Shown here: positions 38,813-48,262 of the stretch, one piece after another | Layout of the letters: each line of letters begins with the position of its first letter | How positions within the stretch are numbered: the first letter of the stretch is position 1 | DNA from: an uncultured cyanobacterium | GTDB taxonomy: Bacteria > Cyanobacteriota > Cyanobacteriia > Cyanobacteriales > Nostocaceae | Assembly (NCBI GenBank): GCA_963740315.1 | Contig: CAVUDP010000004.1 | Coordinates: 896,001 to 960,000, forward strand | Direction: 5' to 3' | Length of the DNA: 64,000 nucleotides | Notes under the pieces: generated by a model | Databases searched by the model: none | What the model was told of the DNA's origin: nothing | Seen by the model: only the letters and a program-made list of their open reading frames with translations | Made by a program: the position numbers and the translations under genes

Positions 38813-39955
38813 CTATTTAACCCGTTCGTTTATATGAACGTAATCAACGTTGTGGCGACCGTTGTAAATTTGTCCGGGACGGAAAATTCGGTTTTGTACC
38901 AATTGTTCTTTCCAATGCGCTAACCAACCAGCAACGCGAGCCATAGCAAATACTGGTGTAAAAAAGTCTGTTGAAATGCCTAGTTTTCTATACACTAAGC
39001 CGGAGTAGAAGTCAACATTGGCATAAATTCCTTTGTGACCTAATTTTTCTTCTACTACTCGTTCCATTTCTTGGGCAATGTCATAGTACTTGTCATACCC
39101 AACTTTGGCAAATAGTTCTTCTGCCAAGTTTTGTAAAATTTTTGCGCGTGGATCTTTGACTTTGTAGACGCGATGACCAAAACCCATTATTTTAGATTTT
39201 TTTTGAATGCAATCTAAAACGTAAGGGCGGACATTTTTTGTAGAACCAATTTCTTCTAACACCCGAATTACTTCTTCATTTGCACCACCATGTAAAGGTC
39301 CTCCCAAGGTTCCTACTGCACTTGCAACTACTGCATAGGGATCGGTAAGAGTGGAAGCTGTCACCCTGGCGCTAAAGGTGGAAGCATTCATGGTATGTTC
39401 GGCATGAAGTATCAAGCAGACATCAAATATTCGCGCCGCTATCGGGTCTGGTTTTTCCTCGTGCAGCATATACAAAAAGTTGGCGGCATAGTCTAAATCA
39501 TCGTGAGGACGCACGGGATCGTCACCTCGTCGCATCAACTCGAAAGCCGCTACCATTGTAGGAATACTTGCTAGCAGACGGACAACAGCATCTCTAATGT
39601 AAACTGGATTATTTAAATCGCGGCGCGAATAAAATAAACCTAATGCTGCTGCTGAAGCTTGCAAAACATCCATTGGATGACCGCTTTCAGGAAAACACTT
39701 CATCATGTCCCGAATGCGGTATTTTATCCTTCTATTTTGATGAACTTCATGTTCAAATAATGCTAATTCTTCTTTTGAGGGCAGTTCGCCCCAAATTAGC
39801 AGGTAAGCAGTTTCTAGAAAAGTACTCTTTTTTGCTAGTTCTTCAATCCGGATGCCACGATATTCCAATATTCCCTTTTGCCCGTCAACATTGCTAATAC
39901 TGGATTGGGCAGCGGGAACTCCATCCAATCCGGGCTTAAATTCGCAAACCATCAT
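38813..39955 (-). CDS. gltA: Citrate synthase
   Basis: HAEH..NAST, GPLHGGAN, GFGHRVYK..DPRA, NVDFYSG. Confidence 0.97.
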   Translation of the reverse strand: MMVCEFKPGLDGVPAAQSSISNVDGQKGILEYRGIRIEELAKKSTFLETAYLLIWGELPSKEELALFEHEVHQNRRIKYRIRDMMKCFPESGHPMDVLQASAAALGLFYSRRDLNNPVYIRDAVVRLLASIPTMVAAFELMRRGDDPVRPHDDLDYAANFLYMLHEEKPDPIAARIFDVCLILHAEHTMNASTFSARVTASTLTDPYAVVASAVGTLGGPLHGGANEEVIRVLEEIGSTKNVRPYVLDCIQKKSKIMGFGHRVYKVKDPRAKILQNLAEELFAKVGYDKYYDIAQEMERVVEEKLGHKGIYANVDFYSGLVYRKLGISTDFFTPVFAMARVAGWLAHWKEQLVQNRIFRPGQIYNGRHNVDYVHINERVK

Positions 39956-40023
39956 GGCAATACCATCTTTTGTTTGAAAGATTTTATAGAGTTAACTTAC
40001 CAGAAAGTTTTACCACCATAACA

Positions 40024-40037
40024 GTATCCTTTAATAC
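40024..40037. promoter_or_regulatory. Candidate NtcA box GTA-N8-TAC upstream of gltA
   Basis: GTATCCTTTAATAC, ~70 bp upstream of the gltA start. Confidence 0.35.
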
Positions 40038-40130
40038 AAAATATTTGGAGATAAAAGTTAAATAGCTGCTAAAAGGATGTTTATAAAGTCAAATTAAATA
40101 CTTTACCTAGCGAATATTTTCAAAATATCC

Positions 40131-40625
40131 TTAGAGCAAGTACTTAGGTGGTGTCAACCAAAACATCTCACAGCCACCCACGAGAGGGGCGCTAGGGGGT
40201 GTTTCTATTCCAATCATACCTGCTTTTTTCAGGACTAAGCTGTCTTTAGCTTCACCCCAAACTAAAATTTCAGCCCAATTGCTCAAACATGGCTCGTGCC
40301 CGACTAATGCTAAGCAAGTGGAAGGTGGATAGTTTTTAGGCGTTAACCACTCTGCAATCCAAGAAAGGATACTACCACCAGGAGCAAGATAAGAACATTG
40401 TTCTAACTGCGAACTTAGTCCCGTTGAAATCAATATTTCCGCTGTTTGATAGGCTCTTACCAAAGGACTTGTAGCAATCAAATCAAAACTCAAATCCAAG
40501 TCTTTTAAACGCTGGGCAACTTTTTCCGTTCTTTGTCGCCCATGTTCGGTGAGGCTTCGTTCCTCATCTCTGAGGGAGCTTGTAGCTTCTTGTGCGATAC
40601 CATGACGAATTAAGTATAGTTTCAC
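40131..40625 (-). CDS. sixA: Phosphohistidine phosphatase
   Basis: LIRHG, TSPLVRA.QTA, LVGHEP. Confidence 0.93.
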   Translation of the reverse strand: MKLYLIRHGIAQEATSSLRDEERSLTEHGRQRTEKVAQRLKDLDLSFDLIATSPLVRAYQTAEILISTGLSSQLEQCSYLAPGGSILSWIAEWLTPKNYPPSTCLALVGHEPCLSNWAEILVWGEAKDSLVLKKAGMIGIETPPSAPLVGGCEMFWLTPPKYLL

Positions 40626-40652
40626 AGCGTAATTATTATAAAAATAAAAACA

Positions 40653-41945
40653 TTATTCATCATCGGATGAGATGGGATTGTCTTTAGGATTAACTAATTT
40701 CGACAACTTTTGCTTAATTTGGGTATCGTATACTTCCCATTTCATTTTTGCATAAGCTGAATTTTCGTTACCTCCAGATAAAAAACCCATCGGAATTTCA
40801 AAACCTCCGGCACTGGTACGTCCACCACCAAAAAAACGACCCGCGCTATCTTGTCCAAAGGCTTCTTTAATAAATTCGTCGGGATCTAAAGTGATTTTAT
40901 TAGTTCTTAAAGAACCAATCACCACTTCTAATTCTTCATCTTCATCGTGAACTATACCGTAAACTACTGCGGTATGAACGTTGTCTTCTGTCACCAAAAA
41001 ATCAGCCGCTTGGGGGATTGCATCTCTATCGTCGTACCGTAAATAACCGACACCAGCAATTGAAAAATTATTTTGCACCATGCGATTTCTTAATGAACGT
41101 TCAATTACATCCATGACTCGCTTGGAACGATTTGCCCGCAGTATGGTGTTGAGCAACTGTCCGTCATAAAATCGGCTTAGATAAGCCGCTGCCATGAAAT
41201 CCTCTTCTTTAGCCTGCATCAGTCGATTCGTATCTGAATGCAAGCCGTGCATCAAGGCTGTGGCACAGTTGACGTGTTCGCTCATGCTGCTATCTAGCTC
41301 TAGCAAACCCGATTGTAGATACTGAGTAAAAATTGTTGCCGTTGCTCTGACTGCGGGACGTATGTCAACAAACTCTGATTTAAAGTCACCTTGCAAGTTA
41401 TGGTGATCTACGATCGCTATCAAAGGAATACCCGCTTCCTGAATTGCATTTATTAAAGTGGAAGTTGTACCTTGATTATCGACTAATACATAACCTTGAT
41501 ATGCTGATAAGTCGCGATTCTTGATACTTTGTAGGGGAGTACGGGTTGCTGGTAAGTTCGTGAGCTTTACTAAAGCAATATTTTCTTGATGGGAAAGAGT
41601 TCCAGCGTAAGTAATATCGCACTTGATATCGTATTGCTCGGCAATCAACTGGTACGTCCAAGCTGAAGAAAGAGCATCCGGGTCGGGGAAATCTTGTAAA
41701 ATAATTATTTGGCGCTCGTGTTGGTGTGCTTTGAGCGTCTGTAATAATTGTTCGGATTTTTGGGTAGCTACGGAATTACTACGAAAACCTGCTTTGTAAT
41801 TACTGTTATCAGCTACCATCGTCCCAACAGAATTCTTCGATGGAGGCGATACTTGTTGCGAATCTTGATTAATCTCAACATCTAAGGTTGATTCTGGTGT
41901 CAATTGTAAATCCTCAACCTGCTTATTAGAAGAATTTAGTTGCAT
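40653..41945 (-). CDS. DHH family phosphoesterase (NrnA-like)
   Basis: PDPDA, VDNQ, VDHH, SDT, GGG. Confidence 0.9.
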   Translation of the reverse strand: MQLNSSNKQVEDLQLTPESTLDVEINQDSQQVSPPSKNSVGTMVADNSNYKAGFRSNSVATQKSEQLLQTLKAHQHERQIIILQDFPDPDALSSAWTYQLIAEQYDIKCDITYAGTLSHQENIALVKLTNLPATRTPLQSIKNRDLSAYQGYVLVDNQGTTSTLINAIQEAGIPLIAIVDHHNLQGDFKSEFVDIRPAVRATATIFTQYLQSGLLELDSSMSEHVNCATALMHGLHSDTNRLMQAKEEDFMAAAYLSRFYDGQLLNTILRANRSKRVMDVIERSLRNRMVQNNFSIAGVGYLRYDDRDAIPQAADFLVTEDNVHTAVVYGIVHDEDEELEVVIGSLRTNKITLDPDEFIKEAFGQDSAGRFFGGGRTSAGGFEIPMGFLSGGNENSAYAKMKWEVYDTQIKQKLSKLVNPKDNPISSDDE

Positions 41946-42609
41946 AGCGAAATTTTTTGTAGCGTGAGCGGTTAGGATTCAAAAGCTTTGAAAATGACCT
42001 TTCGATTTTCATCTGCCAGAAACTAGAATTTTCGCGCTCTATGTACCAAAGCGCCAATATCTACATATATTGATTACGAGTTTTGATAGACCTTGCTTGG
42101 CTAATTTAATTGCTTAATGTTTTTGCTGCTTTTAGCTTTGTCGTGAAAAAAAAAGTTCTTAATCCCTCACGAATAATTAATTTACTATGTAGCAAAAATG
42201 CTATATTTTGCGGCGAACAGCACAAACTGTCTGCGACATAACATATTATACGCAATTTTTATCTAATTATCTCAACTTATAAGACCGTTAGTTATTTTAA
42301 AGCAATTTTGTATTAACTCTACATTTTATTTAATCTTTTTGGTTAATTTATTAGATGCACCCTACTTGCCGTTTTCTAAACATGATGTAGAATATTAAAG
42401 TTCTTGTCGCGGACTGGTTGCACAAGCATTGCATTAAATTGCATCGCTTTGATGGTACAGCCGTACAGCTATACTCAAAAGCCCATTTTAAATTTCGCCA
42501 ATTTCACGACAAAAACTTAACGGCAATTATCAAATTGTCGATTGTATTATCAGCCCGAAAGCCTGCTTTTAGGAAAGCAATTGCTCTATTGATGACAAAA
42601 AGAATTATG

Positions 42610-43107
42610 TCAAAGTCCTATGACATATTTTTGCCACTCTTGATGCAAACCACTTTTGAGATGCTTGCTGACCTCAAAGTAGAGGCTACTATAAGGTCTG
42701 CGTGGAGTATGATGCAATGGCATATGAGCTTCTTGCGGTGTACGGTTCCCCTTCTTAACATTGCAGCGAACGCAAGCTGTAACAATGTTCTCCCAGGTAT
42801 CGCCTCCACGACGCGATCGCGGTACTACGTGATCCAGTGTTAAGTCATCGCCCTTGTAACCGCAGTATTGACAAGTATGACCATCGCGATGCAATATATT
42901 CCGACGGGTTAAAGGAATTTCTTTATAAGGAACGCGGACGTAATAGCGCAACCTTATAACGGTTGGAAGCGGGAAATCTGAGTAAATAAATTTACCATTA
43001 TGTTCTACCCGCTCTGCTTTTCCTTTAATTACTAAAATCGCAGCGCGACGCCAGCTCGTTATATTGAGCGGTTCGTAAGAAGCGTTTAGGACTAAAACCT
43101 TTCCCAT
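42610..43107 (-). CDS. HNH endonuclease (conserved cyanobacterial type)
   Basis: VLVLNASYEPL, CQYCG, TLDHVVPRSRRG, N.VTAC..CN..K. Confidence 0.92.
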   Translation of the reverse strand: MGKVLVLNASYEPLNITSWRRAAILVIKGKAERVEHNGKFIYSDFPLPTVIRLRYYVRVPYKEIPLTRRNILHRDGHTCQYCGYKGDDLTLDHVVPRSRRGGDTWENIVTACVRCNVKKGNRTPQEAHMPLHHTPRRPYSSLYFEVSKHLKSGLHQEWQKYVIGL

Positions 43108-43396
43108 TGATAGTCGCTCAAGGTATTAGTTTTACATATATTAACACAAATTCACTCTGGTTTGGAATGAGTTGAATTTATACTTGCTACCATTTTCTTG
43201 ATAAGTTATTTGAAACGCAGTTAATAGTTAAACTATATATTTGTCTGAAATTACTTGCCTAGCCCCGAACATATGGCAGCACTCTAGACCATGCTAGCAG
43301 ATAAAAAGCTTTAATTTAATTGATAATAGAGAATGAGATCAAATAAGGTAATGCTTGCGATCGTTGCCCAACTCAAGCCTGCAAGTAAAAAATAAT

Positions 43397-43517
43397 ATAC
43401 AGCCGATTTCATTTTAGTGAGGTACAGGAAATATTGTTATAAGGGAGTAGGGAGTAGGGAGTAGGGAGCAGGGAGTAAGAGAAATGTACAAAGCTGCAAT
43501 TTGCCTTCCTGCTGTAT
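43397..43517. mobile_element. Degenerate MITE-like element enclosing a (GGGAGTA)n array
   Basis: Ends ATACAGC / GCTGTAT, inner GTACA / TGTAC, five GGGAG(T/C)A units. Confidence 0.5.
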
Positions 43518-43640
43518 TAAGAATTAATAATTAACGATCTTGTATTCTCGACCTAAGTAACGATATTCCAAACTAACCCGATCGGCTTCTAACAAGAAGA
43601 ATAATTAATTGGTGACGAAGCCTGTTTAAAAGTGGTGTGA

Positions 43641-44849
43641 ATGGAAGAAAGTAAATATATGTTAAGTCACGAACAAAATAAAAGTATTAGTTCGGCTGTT
43701 CCTTGCAATAATTATGCTTGGTTTTCGCAGCGTGCTTGGGTCGAAATTGATTTAGCGGCTTTATCGCATAACATAGTTCAAATACGAAAGTTACTCTCAC
43801 CGCGTACTCAGTTAATGGCTGTGGTGAAAGCAGATGCTTACGGACATGGAGCTATCAGCGTTGCCCAAACAGCTTTAAAATCGGGGGCTAGTTGGCTGGG
43901 TGTTGCTACAATCCCAGAAGGAATTGAGTTACGAGAAGCTGGCATTAAAGCGCCGATTTTGATTTTAGGTGCAACTTACACGAACGAACAAGTCCGGGCA
44001 ATTGCAGAATGGCAACTCGAACCTACAGTTTGCAGTGCCAAGCAAGCTTTAATATTTTCCGATATTTTAGAAGCGATAAATTTTGATTCTCCGCTACGGG
44101 TACATCTCAAATTAGATACCGGAATGTCGCGCTTAGGTACTCATTGGGAGGATTGTGCCCAGTTCGTTCAATTGGTTACACGGTTGCCTCATCTTGATAT
44201 TGCCAGTATTTATTCTCATTTGGCAACTGCCGATAGTCCCGATGATACCGTGATGAAACAACAGCACCAACGTTTTAATTGTGCGATCGCTCGCATAAAA
44301 AATATTGGCATAGAAATACCCTGCTTGCATTTAGCGAATTCTGCTGGCACTTTAAGCGATAAATCTTTACATTACGATATGGTGCGCGTCGGTTTGGCGG
44401 TTTATGGATTTTATCCATCAGTTCATTTGCACAAGCAGGTTGACTTGAAGCCAGTTTTACAAGTGAAAGCGCGAGTTACTCACGTTAAGACAATTGAAAA
44501 AGGTGTTGGTGTCAGTTACGGGCACACATTTATTGCTTCTAAGCAAATGCCTTTGGCAGTTGTAGCTATTGGTTACGCTGATGGAATACCCCGCAATCTT
44601 TCTAACAAGATGCAAGTTTTGATTCGAGGCGTAAAAGTACCTCAAATTGGTGCAATTACTATGGATCAGCTCATGTTAGATATCAGCGCCATACCTGATG
44701 TAGAAGAAGGGGAAATCGTTACTATTCTTGGGCGTGAAGGTGAAGAAGAAATTACTGCCCAAGATTGGGCAAATCAACTAAACACTATTTCTTGGGAAAT
44801 TCTCTGCTCTTTCAAACATCGTTTACCTCGCGTTACCTTAATGGAATAA
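43641..44849 (+). CDS. alr: Alanine racemase
   Basis: AVVKADAYGHG (PLP Lys), DTGMSRLG, GVSYG, IGYADG, TMDQ. Confidence 0.97.
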   Translation: MEESKYMLSHEQNKSISSAVPCNNYAWFSQRAWVEIDLAALSHNIVQIRKLLSPRTQLMAVVKADAYGHGAISVAQTALKSGASWLGVATIPEGIELREAGIKAPILILGATYTNEQVRAIAEWQLEPTVCSAKQALIFSDILEAINFDSPLRVHLKLDTGMSRLGTHWEDCAQFVQLVTRLPHLDIASIYSHLATADSPDDTVMKQQHQRFNCAIARIKNIGIEIPCLHLANSAGTLSDKSLHYDMVRVGLAVYGFYPSVHLHKQVDLKPVLQVKARVTHVKTIEKGVGVSYGHTFIASKQMPLAVVAIGYADGIPRNLSNKMQVLIRGVKVPQIGAITMDQLMLDISAIPDVEEGEIVTILGREGEEEITAQDWANQLNTISWEILCSFKHRLPRVTLME

Positions 44850-44908
44850 TCTCTTCAATAAATAGTTATTCTCAAAAATACTTTTTTGTGATATTATATT
44901 TACTGAAT

Positions 44909-44990
44909 GCGGATGTGGCGGAATTGGCAGACGCGCTAGATTTAGGTTCTAGTGCCTCCGGGCGTGAAGGTTCAAGTCCTTTCATCCGCA
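44909..44990 (+). tRNA. tRNA-Leu(UAG), CCA not encoded
   Basis: Acceptor stem gcggatg/catccgc, D-loop GG, anticodon stem ctaga/tctag with TAG at 44943-44945, long variable arm, GGTTCAAGTCC T-arm. Confidence 0.96.
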
Positions 44991-46157
44991 TTTTTTAATT
45001 TTTCATTATTAAATTGAATAGAGTCAAGGTTTAAGCAGCAATTATCAGAATAGATATAATGCTGCTTTTGCGTTGAAAGAAATATGCTCTGATATGGCAA
45101 TGCGATCGCCATATCAGATAATTAATGATTGGGTATTCGCACGCTTGCTGAATAAATATTTAAACCTAAATTCAAAATAACTCAAATAGCTGTATTCGTT
45201 ATCTATTGCCTGCAATAATTCCCTTTCGTAGATAGATAATTCCGGCGCTGCATGACTACTTAAGTGCAAAATTAACTTTGCAGCAACTATCGCTACGTTG
45301 TCTGAGGATAAGTCTTAAGTAGATACATTATTCTACAAACGTATTTAATTAAAACATAACAATAAATAATTTCAACTAATTTGAGATTGCTATATGAATA
45401 TCAAAGAAATATGTGACTAAATTGACTGCATATAGCATCATAAATATACATCTTAACTAACCCTAACAAAGAACAAAAAGCTTCAACAGATGAGATTTTA
45501 CTAGGTATTTATAATCATTAGTCTTTCACGTTCGTAATTAACTATATAGATACATAGATACAGTCAAGGCGAACAATATTAACTTTTATGATGTATAAAC
45601 TAAAACTTTCTATTCTTAGATAGCTACCTTAATATAAAGGCTGCAATGTTTGTTTAATTAACAAATTAATGATGCGATCTAACTATCCAAGAATAAATAA
45701 TAATATAGAAAAATTTTATACAACTGACGTACATAATAAAACAAATTATCTATAACAACTGCGACTGTATCACTCGGAATCAATAACTGTATTATACTTA
45801 AGTGGTAATACTTAAATAACGCTTTGACATGGGATATTTAAACCGCATTTATGACTAAATGAATTAAATTATGTAAACTAAATACTCAGTAGCTTTAAGT
45901 AGTCTTCATACTTTTTTTACTTGTTATCTAGAAATCTCTGTTAACCTCAGTACAAGTAAGTTGCATAGCTCCAATGTAAGGGTTAAGAAAAATTCAACTA
46001 TCCCCAAATGTTTATTTATCAAGGATTTGCCACGTATATAGATAATACATCTGGTTTAATTTATTACCAAAATATATAAATTATATTTTTTAATGAACCA
46101 GAAGATTTAGTAAAAACTTAACTGAGATCGATCAAATTTAGTAGTGGTAAGAACAAA

Positions 46158-47240
46158 ATGAGTACAACCCCCATTAATGATTACAAGTTATTTCAGAAAC
46201 TGCATCCGCTGTCTTTACTAGCACAATTAAGCAGTCGTCGTGCTACAGGTTGCTTAAGAATATTCACTAAGTCAACTTCTTGGGCGATCTATTTAGAAGA
46301 AGGTAAACTTACTTATGCAACTTCATCGGAGAAGTTATTTGAACGACTTGATACTCACTTACGCCGATTGAACCAGCAAATCCCGACTCTCAACAGTTCC
46401 GCGCGGGTACAAATGCGGATGATTTTTGAAACTAAAAATACTGATGAGCCAACTTCTCAAGCCGATTATCAAGCTATTTGCTGGTTAGTTGATGGGGATT
46501 ATATTACTTATCCTCAAGCAGAAACTTTAGTGAATGAATTAGCAAAGGAAGTATTAGAATCTTTTCTTACAATAAAAGAAGGAAGTTATGAGTTTTGGAG
46601 CGAACATCCTTTATTAAACCTACCTTCATTTTGCCATTTAGATTTACGTTCTGTAGTAGAAAGCGCTCAAAAACAGTTGAGAAGCCGCCGTCTAAGCCAA
46701 CAAAAAGTTACTTTAGAGAAAGCTTCATCTGTAGTTGAGGAAACAAATGCCCCATCCATCCAAGTTGAACCATTATCTAATCTTGAAAAAAACTTATCTC
46801 AACAAACTGTACAAGAAAATATAAAGGATAATAAGGATAGCAACAATACAAATATTTCAAAAAGTACAAAAGAACGATTATATACAGTTGCTTGTATTGA
46901 TGATAGCTTAACTATCTTGAAATCAATTAAACGTTTTTTGGATGATGACAAGTTTACGGTTGTAATGATTAACGATCCTGTAAAAGCTTTGATGCAAATT
47001 CTTCGTAGCAAACCGGACTTGATATTATTAGACGTAGAAATGCCGAATTTAGACGGTTACGAGTTGTGTTCATTGCTACGAAGACACTCTGCTTTTAAAA
47101 ATATCCCGATCGTAATGGTGACAGGGAGGACTGGATTTATTGATAGGGCAAAAGCAAAGATGGTAAGGGCTTCTGGTTATTTGACCAAACCCTTTACACA
47201 ATCAGAGTTGTTAAAAGTAGTGTTTAAACATATCAGTTGA
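46158..47240 (+). CDS. PatA-family response regulator (PATAN + receiver)
   Basis: N-terminal PATAN-like ATGCLRI...W.IYLEEGKLTYA; receiver CIDDS, LLDVEMP, YLTKPF. Confidence 0.9.
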   Translation: MSTTPINDYKLFQKLHPLSLLAQLSSRRATGCLRIFTKSTSWAIYLEEGKLTYATSSEKLFERLDTHLRRLNQQIPTLNSSARVQMRMIFETKNTDEPTSQADYQAICWLVDGDYITYPQAETLVNELAKEVLESFLTIKEGSYEFWSEHPLLNLPSFCHLDLRSVVESAQKQLRSRRLSQQKVTLEKASSVVEETNAPSIQVEPLSNLEKNLSQQTVQENIKDNKDSNNTNISKSTKERLYTVACIDDSLTILKSIKRFLDDDKFTVVMINDPVKALMQILRSKPDLILLDVEMPNLDGYELCSLLRRHSAFKNIPIVMVTGRTGFIDRAKAKMVRASGYLTKPFTQSELLKVVFKHIS

Positions 47241-47314
47241 TTTATCAATATTTACCGCGAATAATAGTAACCTAATTTAATAGATGCTGGTTAATCGTTA
47301 AGGATATAATAAAA

Positions 47315-47692
47315 ATGAGTCTGACTTTACTTGGGACGATTTTAGTTGTTGAAGATTCACCTAGTGAATTGGAATTAATAAGTCATTTCTTAAATGAAAG
47401 TGGATATAAAGTAATAAAAGCTACAGGTGGAAGCGAAGCTTTAGAGAAATTAAAATCGGAAAAACCCGATGCAATCATTACTGATGTAGTAATGCCGGGA
47501 ATGAGTGGTTTTGAACTTTGTCGTTCTTTGAAAAAAAATCCAGCTACGCATTCGGTTCCTATAGTTATTTGTAGTTCTAAAAACCAGGAAATTGACCGTT
47601 TGTGGGCAATGAGGCAAGGTGCTGATGCTTATGTGACTAAACCTTATACTCGTGAAGAACTATTACGTGCAATTAAATCAGTAGCAATTTGA
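47315..47692 (+). CDS. CheY-like response regulator
   Basis: VVEDS, TDVVMP, YVTKP. Confidence 0.93.
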   Translation: MSLTLLGTILVVEDSPSELELISHFLNESGYKVIKATGGSEALEKLKSEKPDAIITDVVMPGMSGFELCRSLKKNPATHSVPIVICSSKNQEIDRLWAMRQGADAYVTKPYTREELLRAIKSVAI

Positions 47693-47696
47693 ACCA

Positions 47697-48200
47697 ATGA
47701 ACAATTCCAGCATTACATTACGAGCAGGGGTTTCCCAGGATAAAAATAACTTGGGAGATGGCTATCTCAAGTTCTTTATAAATCCGCAAACACCTGCTAT
47801 CTTGTCGATGAAGCAGACGCAAGAAGCAATGGTGGTGTCTGTAGAATCCGTAACGCCTATGCCTAATATGCCTTTTGGTATTTTGGGCTTAATGAATTGG
47901 CGAAGTCGTATCGTTTGGGTAGTTGATTTACCTAAGATACTCAATCTACAATCCCCCCAGAATCGTCCCCGACAATACAGTGTAATTATTGTTCGGACTC
48001 AATCGATGGTTTTGGGTTTAGTAGTACATGAAATTATCGGCACTCTCAGGTTTAACAGCGATGAAATTGGTTCTCCTATAGGGCAGGTTGCATCTAGTTT
48101 AGTTCCCTATTTACGCGGATGCATTGTTCAACCTCAAGAAATATTACTGGTATTAGATGCACAAGCTATCGTGCATTCTTCTAATCTCCGTAGTGAGTAG
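47697..48200 (+). CDS. CheW-like adaptor
   Basis: TPMPNMP..ILGLMNWRSRIVWVVDL, LGLVV. Confidence 0.9.
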   Translation: MNNSSITLRAGVSQDKNNLGDGYLKFFINPQTPAILSMKQTQEAMVVSVESVTPMPNMPFGILGLMNWRSRIVWVVDLPKILNLQSPQNRPRQYSVIIVRTQSMVLGLVVHEIIGTLRFNSDEIGSPIGQVASSLVPYLRGCIVQPQEILLVLDAQAIVHSSNLRSE

Positions 48201-48262
48201 GGTGTAATACAAAAATAATGAATGTTTAGTGTCATAATTTACCACTCCGGGGCAATTAATTT

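Noticed and set aside
42418..42843. 141-aa + strand ORF and other short antisense ORFs in the track (for example 20167..20514, 27246..27614, 30858..31205, 60275..60625)
   Set aside because: Shadows of well-supported genes on the opposite strand with no recognisable motifs
42610..43107. HNH gene as a homing or defence nuclease
   Set aside because: Short conserved type in a housekeeping context; no intron, methylase or repeat array adjacent
44909..44990. tRNA-Leu as an island integration site
   Set aside because: No integrase and no duplicated tRNA 3' end seen in the window; downstream genes look native
44765..44998. 77-aa ORF overlapping the end of alr
   Set aside because: It is a translation of the alr tail and the tRNA-Leu gene
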